A DNA stretch of 59,720 bases, filler included, from Basidiobolus ranarum (GCA_040143965.1; 2 parts of 2 records of this genome joined end to end with filler, not necessarily neighbours in it); one strand, 5' to 3'. Positions 35,521-48,868 are shown, counted from the first letter of the whole stretch. A program made the numbers and translations. Notes: generated by a model from the sequence alone, not told the origin.

Positions 35521-35952
35521 TTACCCAAAAAATTGTCGCATTTTACTTGTTACCATGTGAGACATCTTTCTAGTTGGATAGCAACGAAGTTCTTGGGTTC
35601 CACGCGTAGTACAGAATATGAATGGATCAATTGCGGAGTTTTCTAAATTTAATTGCTTCTTGAACTCATGATTAGCTGGACGTGGATGGTATTTGGAGTG
35701 TATCGTACGATAGAATCTCTTTGCATCACGAAGAAACGAAGCTGAAACTTGTTGATTTGGTGGGCAGAATAGAGTAGGTGTGATACAAGTTCTTTTACTG
35801 CGTACGTTGTTTCTTTTTCTCACCAGTTCCCGTTTTATACTCAAAAGCCAAGTCGCTCGATGGATGCTCGGGTTATATTTATCCATACGAAGAGTATTTG
35901 CTGGGCTTATTTGGGTATGAGGTGGTAGAGACGAGAGGGAGTAGTTTGCCAT
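35521..35952 (-). CDS. Small basic hypothetical protein
   Basis: 143-codon ORF with TTTATAA about 50 nt upstream; no recognised domain. Confidence 0.4.
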   Translation of the reverse strand: MANYSLSSLPPHTQISPANTLRMDKYNPSIHRATWLLSIKRELVRKRNNVRSKRTCITPTLFCPPNQQVSASFLRDAKRFYRTIHSKYHPRPANHEFKKQLNLENSAIDPFIFCTTRGTQELRCYPTRKMSHMVTSKMRQFFG

Positions 35953-36591
35953 GAAAACAGACCCACTGTCTAGGAGCGAAAACCAGAAAACCTTCATGCT
36001 TATAAAGGAGCTCAATATTCGTTTCCTTAAATTGATATAATATATGGTATGTATTGATGGGTAGATAGGGCAGTTTCTATTACATGAAAGGCCTCGCAGA
36101 ATACAATCAATTATATGTAGAAAGTTGGTATCAGATACGCATTGTTGAGCATGTGAGTAGGAAATTATTTAGACACACATTTATGTTGAATTGGGAGTAA
36201 AGCTGTTTAAATGTGTATTAATATCTAGGCAACATTGCGCAATTAGATGAACTTAAATAGAAAATACTCAACCAATCTCCGCCCAGTGAACCCTTATCAA
36301 GAAAACGTGTTTTCAAACTTGTTTATCAATCAGAAAATATTATTTGAATGTGGTTATGATATATATTTATAAATACACAGTTAATGCATGCCTCCACCTT
36401 AATTACAGTTTGCTCATGTTAATTATATGCGTTCTACTAGAATAAATGAAGAAATTCATACATTTATATCAAATAACTAGCCGCCCATGAACAGCCTTTT
36501 GATCATCTTTGATTGAGGTTACTTCTTCTATAGTCCATTGGGTTACGTCTCAGGTCAAAGCTGATATTCAAAGCAACATAGGGCTCTTTTG

Positions 36592-37774
36592 ATGAAAGAC
36601 CCTATTCGTCGTTGGCGTTCGTCTTCTGTTGGCCAGTTTACCCCGTCAGATAAAAGCCCTTCTGGTTTCAAATATCACACTTTCTCTGGTGCTAGACATA
36701 GAGAACTTTTAGAGTTAAAAGTAAAGCGGGAGCGCCCAGAACACTCAACCAAGAACCTGGCTCAATGCATCTCAATCTTTACTGTGTTATTCTCCCTTTA
36801 CATTCCCAACTTGGTAGAGAGTTATTCCGGTATGTGAGCTTCCTGTGCTTATCTAAACTGTGTTTATCTTTGTCGAATTAACGAAAAGGTAACAGATGAT
36901 TTGTACAAAATACAAAAACGAGTCCCCAAAAGTTGGTTGATTTTTTCTGGACTTGTGGTGTGCCTATTGAGTATGACTTTCTTTAAGTTAGTCCTTTTTT
37001 GTGCCGCCTTTATTGTATGTTGTAAGTAGTAGTTTCCGTGGTAGCAAAATTGGCCAATAATCTTTGGAACTTACTCTTACAATTTACCTTCAAGCAACTT
37101 CCATTTATGGTATTTGTCAACATTTAATTCCTTCCAGGTTCCATTCATACACTTCTTTCAAGTTACTTGGAGGCCTTTCAGGTTTATTTGGAGGTTACCT
37201 GCTTATACGTTTTTGGTGGTTACTATTAGCTTCACTAGGAGCTCTTGTTGGCACAGTGATGGGGATGACTCTAACCCTTTCAAGTAAATATTTGATTACA
37301 GAGGGACGTAAGCTTCGACTAATTCTCATTCTATTATCTGGTTGTGGTGGAGTGTGTGTTGTTTATTTCCTCGATAATATGTTTGACGTGGTCCTTTTCA
37401 CCTTCAATAATATTCCAATTCTTCTCCACACTACTTTGAAACTGACCATCAATCTCGGTGTCGGTGCTATGAACGAAGTATGCAATGCGATACTCGCCAC
37501 CTTTACCCAAGGAATACAGGGGGTGTTTGCGCTGATCCACCATCTAACTTTATCATTCATCCAATTATTATTTAATCTTTCTGGCCTCATAATAGCCATC
37601 ATACATGGTGTTTATGAGACAATATTTACCGTTTTCTATGGACTTATCATTGGTGGCAGATCAATGTATCTCTTATGTTTAGATGTTCTCTCTCTCGTGG
37701 ATTATATCTTTTCGAAATTGGCGAATTTAATTATTCATTTGACTGTCATTTATGTTACCGTACTCACGGATTAA
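36592..37774 (+). CDS. Multi-pass membrane protein with a partial TMEM198/TM7SF3 (DUF4203)-like domain; 3 exons
   Basis: Spliced LIFSGLVVCLLSMTFFKLVLFCAAFIVCSTSIY...LLGGLSGLFGGYLLIRFWWLLLASLGALVG; canonical introns. Confidence 0.65.
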
Positions 37775-38142
37775 TGCTCCACTTGGTCCAATTTATGTAC
37801 AGTTTGATTTAATCAACCACTTCTGGAAAGTACTCTTGAACCCTTTTTATACCCAAGAATTACCAAGTCATGTTGCATGGAATAGAAGTCAATTTGAACG
37901 AAAGTGATTACAATTTATTGGTATTATAGTAGTAAAACTAAGTAAAGTATTTGCTATTGGATTTATAATCGATCAAAAAGATATTCATTATTTACCCCTT
38001 CCCCCGATGTGGAAGCTGGTGGTAATGTGAGATGAATAAAGTTGAAATCTAAGGAATAAGAGGTGAGGGAGTGAAGAGAAGGTCGTGACGACGGGTTTTC
38101 CGTCAAGTGGTATCTGAATGGACTAAAATATTCCTGCTTTGT

Positions 38143-38893
38143 TTACATCCAAATGTAAACAACGCCTACAGTTATGAGTCCAAGGATCTTAAAGATGACC
38201 GGGCGAGAGGCATCACTGAGCTTGGTGTTTGTAGGTGGACTGGTGGTGGGCTTAGCTGGACTTGAGGCCTGATTTGAGGGACGAGAAGCTGCACTAGATG
38301 CAGATGCTGTGGGCGCTCCACTCGATGATGGTTTACTAGCTCCCGAAGAGCCACTGGCTGATGGTGAGGCGCCAGCTGAACCGGTAGCTGAACCAGTAGG
38401 TGAACCAGAGCTCTTACTAGCGGCACCACTCTTACCAGGGGATTCCTTTGGGGGACTGCTATCTCCACTACCAGCAGATAATTCGAAGTAAGGGCTATAC
38501 GATATAGAACTTCCAACTCCAGCACGAATAGCATAATCTTTTCCTGGTTTCAAAGTAGTGGGAATAGCCCACTCATACTGTCCTTTACTCGAGTCTACTC
38601 CTTTCGCGATTTCAGCAACTGGTTGAAGAGCGGTTGGCGGACCACTCATCAAGTACAGATCGAAAGTAGCGGCCATCTTGGGTTCTACACCATTGTCAGT
38701 CCTTTGATGTAGAAAGTAAGTAACGTAAATCAATGTTTGATCTTCAATATGAATATACTAACCAAGTAATAAACTGTGTAGAGCCTTCTTTCCAAGTAGC
38801 CATTAATGGGGAAGTGATAGCTACGTCACCATTTACCATGGTAACAAGTAGGAGAGCGGCAGAGGCAAATTTGACAAGAGTTTCAGAGAACAT
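38143..38893 (-). CDS. Secreted Ser-rich GPI-anchored Kre9/Knh1-N-type protein; one intron
   Basis: Signal MFSETLVKFASAALLLVTMVNG; ITSP..W..G...ITW with the same intron as the paralogs; GQYEWAIP, DYAIRA, YSPYF; hydrophobic tail. Confidence 0.9.
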
Positions 38894-39980
38894 GACAAAA
38901 TCAAAGGAAATGTGGATATCTTTTTTGTAAAGTAGTAAAAGTCAGTAGTTGATTAGGATCAATCAAATTAGTAACCACAGTAAGGAAGATGCTTAGGAAT
39001 CTAGTAAGATAATGATGAATCTTAGGTGAGGGAACTTTGGTCTTTTAAAGAGATCTTTTCAAGGACGCTTTAATGACAAGTAGTGGTTTACATTCTAAAG
39101 AATCATGTACTCCTAACTTTATTGTATCTATGTGATTGTACAATATATCCGATCACCCTTATTTCCCGAGAATTGGGTGTGATTGTAGTTGAGCTTCAAA
39201 TAACATTGTTGATTGGTTAACTTAAGCAGTCCATAAAGCAAGGACTGCATTAATTGAGGTAAGAGTTCAAAAACTTAGTAATAATAAATACTCATTATTA
39301 TATGCAAAAGAATAACCACATATTAGAATGCTGATACTTGACAAAAACAAAGTTCGATTTTGAGGGACGTTGATCGAGCGCTATATAAGGTGGCCCCTTC
39401 CACCTCCTTGGTTCGACTGCATTAAGTTCAAGGGCCAACATATATATGCTCATTAGATTTCCAGAGTAAAAGGGCTGATGACGGAATGTGTTCCTCTAAA
39501 GATACTCAGTATTTACAGCTTAATTGAATTCTTTCAACTTGTTCAATCCTATTTCTACAGGATTATAATGCACCCAGAACTCCTTTAAAGTGGATATACA
39601 ATCCCGTTTTAGGCGTATACGTGCCATAAGACAACTAAATTATTTCAATGCTATCTTGTAGTTTTAGGCAACAATTTGCAATCTACGACGTTAGTTATGA
39701 GTATGAATATGCTAGCGATAATCCATGGCTTAATGATTTCTATCTAGGCCTTAGGAGACCTCCATTTCCCGTGAAATCTGAGTTTGATTGCACTCCACCC
39801 AAGCTGGTTATTTGACCACAAAATTCTACAATGATCCCCTAGATTCAAGATACACTGGTGTACAGAGCACACCATAGGTGATGTGATAAGAGAGTTTCCA
39901 TATATTCTCAGTATCTCACCAGTCATTGGCCTCTCAAATGTTCCTATAAAAGCTCCTAAATCCATCTATTTGAAGGAGTT

Positions 39981-41046
39981 ATGGGTCGCATAATTCACAA
40001 AGACATTCTCCAAGTACATCTTAGCAACGAAACAGTGGCAATATATGGAACTCCTGAGGATTCTGTTGGTTCAGTTGTTTCGGGAACTGTATTATTCACT
40101 CCCTCGAAATCAGTCAAAATACGCTATATCAGCTTGAAGCTTGAAGGGGTGCTTAGTATGGAAAACTTTCAAGGTATTCTAATGTAGAGGTCCATTGATA
40201 GATTTAATTCTAGCTAACTTAGAGCTACGTAATTAAGAGCTTTATGGGGCCTATAAAGTTCTAACTCAAAGCAGTTTACTGCTACTTGGGCCAAGCATCG
40301 GTTATCATCACTTTGAGGGTGGTCGACAATATCGATTTGATTTCGAACTGCCTCTAAAAGGGAATGTTCCCGAAACCGTGAAGGTTTCCTATGGAAGAAT
40401 AATGTATCAAATATCAGTCACGGTGGTTCGTCCTTTTCCATATTTAAATATTAAACGACACCAAAGCTTTCGTGTAGAACGTATTTGCCTCCCTACAGAA
40501 ATCTCCGAAGTAAGAAATCACTCGACGGGTATTTGGGACAAGTATGTCTACTATCATATTAGTGTTCCGAGTGGGAAGGCTACCATTGGAAGCACACTCC
40601 CTATCTCGGTTAAATACGTATTCAAATTCCCAGCTATAAAAGTTGACAAAATAAGAATCCGGTTGTTGGAGTTCATTTCATATCGTCATCCTGTAAGCAT
40701 GGTTGAAACAGCAGAGCGTAAGCAACTAGCACATCACACAAACCATTTTGAAGAATTATCAAATTACGGTGAGTTTTGCATAAATAAGCAAATCAAGATC
40801 CAAATACCCACTGTCTCTGAGTGTGACTATGAGACGAAATTCATTACAATCACACACAAGCTGAGTATCAAAACGAGACTCATTGACTCCAAGAATAGAA
40901 AGTGGTCGACAATGCTGGAATTACCTGTATCTTTACAAAGCCCTATACAGTCTGAGCTATCATGTAGTCCACCAAGTTATTCTGATTTGACGGAGGAGTC
41001 ACCTTGTGTCCCTCCACCACCAGCTTACGTTGTCCTCTGCACATAA
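39981..41046 (+). CDS. Alpha-arrestin 2; one intron (about 40174-40238)
   Basis: YGTPEDSVGSVVSG, YRFDFELPLKGNVPET; PPSY and PPAY motifs. Confidence 0.87.
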
Positions 41047-41478
41047 GTCATCTCCACCCTTTGTTATCTCTGACATACATAAACCCTCATACATCGTTCA
41101 AGCTTAACTCTCTCTTATCCAACCATTGCTACTCATTTTATGCTATCTGGCTAGGTTTTAATTTAAAAGCAAGAACACTTCTTACCGCAGATGGAGAAGA
41201 TGCGAGCTTAACAAATCAAAATATACTAATGTGAGTTCATTTGCTACGGAGCTTTAATGGGCTAAACAGTCACCAATCGGTCCGTAGCTAATGACAAATA
41301 CTGGACTATTTGGAAGCCTAACCTGTTGTTGGATGGATATGCTGCGGTCATGAGGGGGGTGACAAATATGGAAGTAATGTGACTTCATTGTGGACGCTTA
41401 TTTTATTGTTTAGTGAGAGACGAAGCTTTGCCACCAACCTCAAATTCCAACTGCCCATAATATACTTTGTGTGGCATT

Positions 41479-41540
41479 AGAAACCAGTATTTATTGTGGA
41501 CCAATATATGAAAGAAACCAGTATTTATTGTGGACCAATA
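41479..41540. repeat. Direct repeat, 34-bp period
   Basis: agaaaccagtatttattgtggaccaata x2. Confidence 0.85.
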
Positions 41541-41796
41541 AATGAATTGATGATAGTTTTTGACTACCCCTTTCTGGGTATGAATAAGTCCTAGTAAATC
41601 AATTTCGTACATGAAAGCAGATTGGCAATACCATTTTCACTCTACTACTACTAGAGGTTTCTGAACAACACGGCCTGACCTCCGTGATCAGGAGAGAGAT
41701 GGCTAAGGAAAGTATATAAGTATTGGAATCCATTGTAGCTAAGAGAACATTTGTTACCTCCGATTCCTCCACCAACTCCCTATCTACAACCTGAAG

Positions 41797-42129
41797 ATGT
41801 TCGAGTGGATTACTGGGCTTTTTTACCAACAGAAGAAGGATGCTGAAGAGGACATCAACGAAGACTGGATGTGCCTGAACTTAGATGGAAGTATTACCCA
41901 TCTCGATACTAAGAGTAAAGCCTTCACCAAAGCTGATTATGAGGTTATTGAGACGCTTTATTATCACTTGCAAGCCAAGCACCGAGACATCACTAAAGAA
42001 GTCCTACCGATTATGCGAGATCGTGAGTTGAAGATGATTAAGGCTAGTAAATTAAATGGGCACTCCACTAGATCACCTGGTTTCCTTCGGAACCCAAGCA
42101 TTAGGTCGTGGCAGATTAAATCATTTTAA
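41797..42129 (+). CDS. 110-aa protein with an acidic-WxxL (LIR/AIM) motif
   Basis: Clean ORF with TATATAA at about 41713 and AATAAA at about 42172; DAEEDINEDWMCL. Confidence 0.6.
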   Translation: MFEWITGLFYQQKKDAEEDINEDWMCLNLDGSITHLDTKSKAFTKADYEVIETLYYHLQAKHRDITKEVLPIMRDRELKMIKASKLNGHSTRSPGFLRNPSIRSWQIKSF

Positions 42130-42965
42130 TAAGAAATTCTCAGAACCGCCCTTAATCATTTAGAGGAGTCCAATAAAGATGTAGAGTATTTCGTATAAAC
42201 ATATATTGGTTGATTTGATGCCACATGTTGGATGTGTGAATGTTCTCATTAACTTGTACCAGTTCAAGGCATCTTGGCTATCTATCCTTGTGCCGTCTCT
42301 ATTACTCCTCTTTACTTTCATGCATCAACATTGGTCATTCACTCTCAGAATCTCCACCAATCAATCTATTCTATGATATCACTTTCACAAGCAATGAGTC
42401 ATTCAAAATTGACAGCTTCTTTGTGAAACCATACTTGATTCAGGGAAATCTATGGTAAAATGATTCGATGAATTGGAAATTATCCAGCGTCGTTTGAACC
42501 TAAATAACTGGTCCGGTTTTAAATGTCTCAACTTAAAATAATTACCAAGTCTCCACAGTTAAGTACGAAAACTTCCTGATTGTGGAGACTTTTTCTCACG
42601 TAATTGGGATGTTTCTTACTCTTGGTTTTGAAAGAGTACGCATACCGGAATAAGCTCTATCTGTGGAGGGGGGCGGGAAGGTGACCATACCATATGTAGA
42701 TAGAAAATGAGATATGGTTTTCTACTGGCAGCAACAACAAATATGGGATATGATTTTCTACTAACGATAGTCACTCTAACTGAAATATTACGTACATTAC
42801 CCAAGATAAACCAAGGAATTTCTCGGATGGTTATATCCACAATCCAATATTCAACTTCTAGACCAGTGGAATGATTGAACCGGTATACCCACATTTTCAA
42901 AAAAATGCTCCAATCCAATATAAATATTGTCTCCGAGAAAAAGTAAACTATTATTTCTAATTCAT

Positions 42966-43958
42966 ATGGTAAATTCATCCCTGGAGATTCGCCTCAACTA
43001 CCCTTACTTTGCTCTTTATGGCTTCACTTCAACATCAGCAGGAAAGGCATTGAAAGGAATCGTGATTATCCGTCTGAAGCGATTAACCAAAATTAAATCG
43101 TTATTGTTGAATTTCCGTGGGGAGACCAACGTTCATTGGATTTACAGTGCAGCTTTATTGAACAACAAATGTCGATTTAAAAATATACTCATTGATAGAA
43201 CTCTCGTTCTTTTAGAGCCTAGTTCAAGTTGGCATATCTTACCAGCTGGAGAGTATAAATTTCCATTTGAATTCGCACTTTATGGAGATTCTATGGAAAC
43301 AATTCACACTCAAGTGGTTCGTTGTAACTATTCAATCACTGCTGTTGCTGAACGATCTCTTTTTCGGACAAAGTTGTTCACCAAAAAGGAGATATTGGTA
43401 AAAAGATTCTACCCTCAAGATGATGACCCAGTAACACTATCAGAAATCATTCCCAATACCATGAACATTAAAATCTTCGCTCCCAAAAAGGTGTACGGAT
43501 TAGGTGATATTATATCGATTAGGATTCGATGTGTACCATTTTCGAATGAAGTGACAATGAGAATCAATTGCTCTATTAAAGAAGTAACCATCTATCACAA
43601 ACCGAAGAGTTCCAAAACTACCTCCGAGAAAAAGTGGTATAGGGGATTGCTGGAGAGTGACTTTGTGTCAGTTTTAGAAGAGAAAGTGATTTTTATTCCA
43701 ATTCATCCACATTATATAAATTCCGATTGCTCAACAGAACTTATCGAAACCAAACACGAGATTGTCATTAAGATTGAAGTTGCTTCATCCCATGGTCGCA
43801 TCGATCATTTGATAAAGATTCCCATATTAATTTTATCTGATGCATATGACAAAATATATGAAAATTTACCTACGTATATCCCTAGCCCTGGCTCTGGTCC
43901 TAACCTTAAACTTAACCCTCCCCCATATACTTCAAAATGTAAAACTTCATTAAAGTGA
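42966..43958 (+). CDS. Alpha-arrestin 3, intronless
   Basis: LEIRL...GKALKG; LPAGEYKFPFEFAL.G; LPTY and PPPY motifs. Confidence 0.87.
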   Translation: MVNSSLEIRLNYPYFALYGFTSTSAGKALKGIVIIRLKRLTKIKSLLLNFRGETNVHWIYSAALLNNKCRFKNILIDRTLVLLEPSSSWHILPAGEYKFPFEFALYGDSMETIHTQVVRCNYSITAVAERSLFRTKLFTKKEILVKRFYPQDDDPVTLSEIIPNTMNIKIFAPKKVYGLGDIISIRIRCVPFSNEVTMRINCSIKEVTIYHKPKSSKTTSEKKWYRGLLESDFVSVLEEKVIFIPIHPHYINSDCSTELIETKHEIVIKIEVASSHGRIDHLIKIPILILSDAYDKIYENLPTYIPSPGSGPNLKLNPPPYTSKCKTSLK

Positions 43959-45167
43959 ATATTTCTTAATCCTCGTAGCTTTTCTAATATTCTCTCTTAC
44001 AATACGTGCATTGGTAGGTGTCAAGCTCTCTATATGTGTGGTTATCGTGAGCTCAAGAATTAGCTAATTTCGCAGTAAATAGTAGAAATTTTCCTTCTTT
44101 AGTAATATTGTTATCACTGGATTATCCATGAACGGGAAGTTTCATATTAATCTAACCCAAGATTCTCATATTCATGATTTTATTGGTCACATACTGATAA
44201 TGATTATCCTCTGTTACTTTCCAAGAATTGGGTTAAGCTGAAAAGAAACAAGTCGTTCACTAGGTTGTCACAACATTGAACAATAGATTGCAAGCATTTT
44301 AGTCAAGTATTGCTGACTATTGTGGGGACATTTCGATCAAAGTACCCAAATCGGAACCAATATCCCAATTCAGCTATTCTTCAGATTGGATTCATGTTCT
44401 TGAATGATTTCTTGATTAGTCACACTACAATGTAGTTGACTGCATTGAAGATGAAGTACGATCCAGAAGATATTCGACTTTGTGTTATTGTATTACTACT
44501 TGGTCTATCACTATCACTAAATTATATAAATGCTTTTTTTTTGCGGAATGCCTCTTCTACTCCAACCATACATGAACTGGATTTAGCAAGGGTCCCGTTA
44601 CTGCTGTTAGCAAAGAATTCCAATTCTTGGCTTATTTACCATCATCCTCAGTGCCATTATCAACGGTAAATAGTTTGGGAAATTTAAAAGCATCCTTATA
44701 TTCTCCATTATATTAACTTGGTCATTTTAGACTCGACTTACATCGATGGAAGTTACATTTCCACTTTATACGCATTTATCTTCGTTGATACCAGTGTACA
44801 ATGACTGTGATTTTCTTACTGGGTTCTTAGGATTACCATTAGATTTACTATTACTTTCGCCTTCATCTTTGTCGCCTATGTTTATGTTATGAATTTAGTG
44901 ATTTTAGTAGATTGCCTAATACAAGATATTTCTATTTAATGATTCTAGCTTTGGTTACTAGAGTTTGTATATAATCTTTTATTGGTTATTCGAAAAGTGT
45001 GATAAGATTATATGTTAAAAATGATTTCTTGTACCTTCTATTCACTATGTAAATTGTGTTGTAAACAAACACAATTCAATATACATAATTTGCATGCTTT
45101 ATTTATTGAAATCTTAGATGAGTGCTTACTTCATTTCTACTCGATTGGTGGTGGAATCCATGGGAAG

Positions 45168-46985
45168 TTACAACTTCGCCTTATCAGGTAAACCCAAGAG
45201 ATGACGACGAGTGTAAGCATTTAAGAAAACTCCAGTAGGATCCAAGTTAGCGCGTAAACGACAAAACTCATCAAACTTAGGATAAATAGCGGAGAGATCG
45301 GATGGAGTCAAAGGATGTGCCTAAAAATAAACCAAATATCCATTAATCTCCATTCATTTTATGATTAGTTAATTGTAATGAACTTTACTTTAGCCCAATG
45401 AGGACGACCACGATATGATTTCATGATCTTTTCATAGCCAGCCCAATATTTCTTGTAAGAGACTGGTTTTCCATAGGGTCTAGATAATTTCCATTATATA
45501 GGATGATGAGTGGTCAGAGCCGCGAGTGAATCATTTACTTTTCTAATCTTACCTGTACATAATAATTCCAATATACACAACGTTGCTTTTATATGCGGGA
45601 CTAAGCCAAACTTCATCTTCTTTGACGAAACGCACCTCAATGGAGAAATGAACCTTTAGATTAGCATCCTGAATAAATTGACGTATGTCACGCATCGCAT
45701 CAGCAGTATGTTCCCAAGGGATCGCCCATTCATTCACATATTGAGGGAATAAGCAATCAAAATTGAAAACTTTATCACTTCTATCCTTGACCACTTGTTT
45801 CTCGGTGAAGAGCCAATCGACATATTTCCGATTAACGTAAGGGATGATAGAGGGTACATATCTACCGACGTTTAAAAGGTATTGATAAAGATGAACTCGA
45901 ATGAATTGATCTTTGAACCAACCAGGATAGGGTGCTGGTTCCGCCTAAAATAATTCTCTTAAGTACGATAAGAAATTCTCGGGGATATTTCATACAAATC
46001 TTACTTTATCTTCGGTTCTATTGGCTTGCCAAACTACTACATCTTCTGTGTGAGGAATCCACCAGAAACGAACATGTTCTGCGGTACGAATTAAATTGTT
46101 AAAATCATTCATGACTTCATCAAATTTTCGTATTTCTTGTACTGCGGATAAAGTAAAGGCGGGTTCACATTGAATTGTCGTCTCTAAGATAACACCCAGA
46201 CAACCCAAACTACATAAAGCTGCATGAAATAAGTCTGCGTTATGAGACTCAGAGCATTGAATTCTACGACAATCAGCAGTAAGTAGAGTGATTTCAGTCA
46301 CCTAAATATAGCATGTTAGTGATAAGTATACTATTCAAAATCATATCACTTTGAGAGAACTGACAAGATTTAAATGTAATGATTCTTACCTGTGTAGAGA
46401 TACAACCATATTCTACACCAGTACCATGAGTAGCGGTACTAATGGCACCAGCTACACTTTGTTCAGAAATAGAGCCCAAGTTAGACATGGCCAAACCGAC
46501 TTTGTTGAGTTCTTCATGAAGGTCCATTAAACGAATACCCGCTTGAACGGTAACACTATGGTTCTTATGGTCAACCTATACTTTCAAAGAGAAAAGAAAT
46601 TTAATCAGATAAAACTGTGGACTGGTTAACATTTCCACCTACTTTAAGGACTTTGTTTAACTTGTCTAAACTCAAAAGGTAACCGTCAGTTAAACATAAA
46701 TCGGAAGGAGAGTGACCAGCTCCCACTACACGAATATTTTTTCCATTAGCTTTAGCCAATTGAATTATCTAAAGATAAGAAAGCATAAAAAGTTATTTTA
46801 TTTTCAAAGTACTGAAAAAAGTCTTCTTTAAAGATGAAAGAAATCGGGTAAAAAAGTTGAGGGTCACTTACTTCAATGATCTCTTCTTCAGTCTCAGGTT
46901 GAAAATAGAGTTCTGGTTTACAGGAGTAAGTATTGGCCCAGTTAGTATAAGTCACTTCGGTTTGTCCTTTCTTGGCGATATTCAT
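45168..46985 (-). CDS. ALO1: D-arabinono-1,4-lactone/L-gulonolactone oxidase (FAD-linked), multi-exon, C-terminal AKL
   Basis: YTNWANTY, VVGAGHSPSD (covalent-FAD His), LGSISEQSVAGAISTATHG, EWAIP, IEVRF and GRPHWAK. Confidence 0.92.
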
Positions 46986-47730
46986 GGTAAAAATGAGAGT
47001 ATATTGTGGATTTGAAAAAGTGGAATTTTTGTAACCTAGAAAGCAGGAATTAATAAAGTACTTTTAGGCCAAATTGCGTTTGGAAGTGGCGCCATCGAAA
47101 TCCCGATTGCACTGAGAATCGATGGGTCACGTGTGTGGTGCACTATGAAGATGGATTGGAAGGGTCATAGTATCAATCTATTAGATAACTAGTATAGATG
47201 TTTAAAAAACTACTCTCCCAGGCGCATTCTAGGCCAAGAGATGTACTGTATATGAATTGGGTCCACTCCATATAAAGTTGATGTTAAAAGGTAATCTTTG
47301 ATTTACTTCAAAATGTTCATAAAATAATAAACGTTCTACTAGTTAACGAGATTGGTGCTTGGACATAGTATAGATTGCACCTAAGGTATGTATGTATATA
47401 GTATCCAACCAAATTCATGCTTTGGCATATGCAGTGACATCGACGTAAAGGTTCACTGGATTATTACTTTGTCCTTGGCAAAGTACTTGAAGAAATGCTG
47501 TTAATGTCGAGCTTACAAGGTAAGATAATATCAACTGCGGTAATTGGGTATGTCAACTTGCTCATAAAGTTGGTTACCTTGGATCCATGAAGAAGACAGT
47601 TAAGAATTAAGGTTGAGGTATCTGAAATTAAGTCCAGGAAAGGTAGTTTGAACGGATTCAACGTATCGAGATCAACGTAGTATTAAAGCGGTTGGAGCAT
47701 AGTAAAAGGGGTAATAACCGGAATAGATAG

Positions 47731-48868
47731 TTAAGAGGGTGTAGGCGGAAGAGAATGGCCAACGATTGTTTCATACGTTGGAGCATAGGAACTAAAAATA
47801 GTGTCATATGAAGGGGGTAAAGAAGCCATCGATATACGCCTTTCAATTGCTCGATACGGCGGTAAATCCAAAAAGATCTCTTGGCTAGATCCAGAAACGA
47901 TGACAACAGGAATTCCAACGTAGACTGCTTTCACTACCCCAGGAGAGAGACGAAATTCAATTTTTACTTTTAGTTTATGTCTGACATGAATCAATTCGGT
48001 CATACAATCGCATTGTATAGCATCACTAGATGACGGAATCTCTAGGCTTAGACTTTTCTCCCAGTTGCTTTCACTCTTGGGGAAATCCATATTCGAAAGT
48101 CGGTTTATCCATCGCGTTTGGAGTTTACAACGGCCCCCTCCCGCCACCCGGTACGTAATGTACTCCTTTAACAGGCAGGAAACCTTACGTAGGCTCAAAT
48201 CTTCCGACATAAGCAGTGTGTTAAAATGAATCGGGATTTTTTCTCCTGGGCCGAAAGCTTTAGAGGGGATATGAACTTCATATGCTAACTTATCATTCCA
48301 AACCTCAGCAATACTAACAGATTGGATAAGTTCAGTTGAAGACGACAAAGCAAAACGTTTAATCACTATTTCTTTCTCCACAGCATAATTAGTGCAAAAA
48401 GTAGGTCGCTCAACGATCGCTCTCAGCTTATATTTCACTGTCCCAAACTCCGTATAAACTGTCTCTGGGAGATCTCCACTGAGTGCCATTTCAAAAGGGT
48501 AAGAGTACTCTCCTTTTCCCAGAGTGATTGGTTTCTTGTATGCTTCAACAAAAGTCCACAGATTATTTATCAACGAGCGAGTCTCATTTTTCGCGTTATT
48601 TTTGACTCCAGGGACTAGAGTGTGGAGTTTTTGTTAGTGAATTATACTAAAGCAGAATATATACTTCAAATATAAATGCCTTACCATCATCCCAACAGAC
48701 TTTCATTTTTCCATCCAAACGAAGAGATATATTTTTAACTTTAAGAGCTTCAGGAAGGTTTAGATACAAAGAGCCACGTAACACAGCTCCTGCTGATTCA
48801 TTAGCTGAACCGTTGAAAATGAGGCAATCATTGGCCAGTCGTATTTCTACATTCGGTGTTCTATTCAT
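47731..48868 (-). CDS. Alpha-arrestin 4 (Rod1/CreD-like); one intron
   Basis: NGSANESAGAVLRG, YSYPFEMALSGDLPET, VRHKLK; LPPY, PPSY and APTY motifs. Confidence 0.9.
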
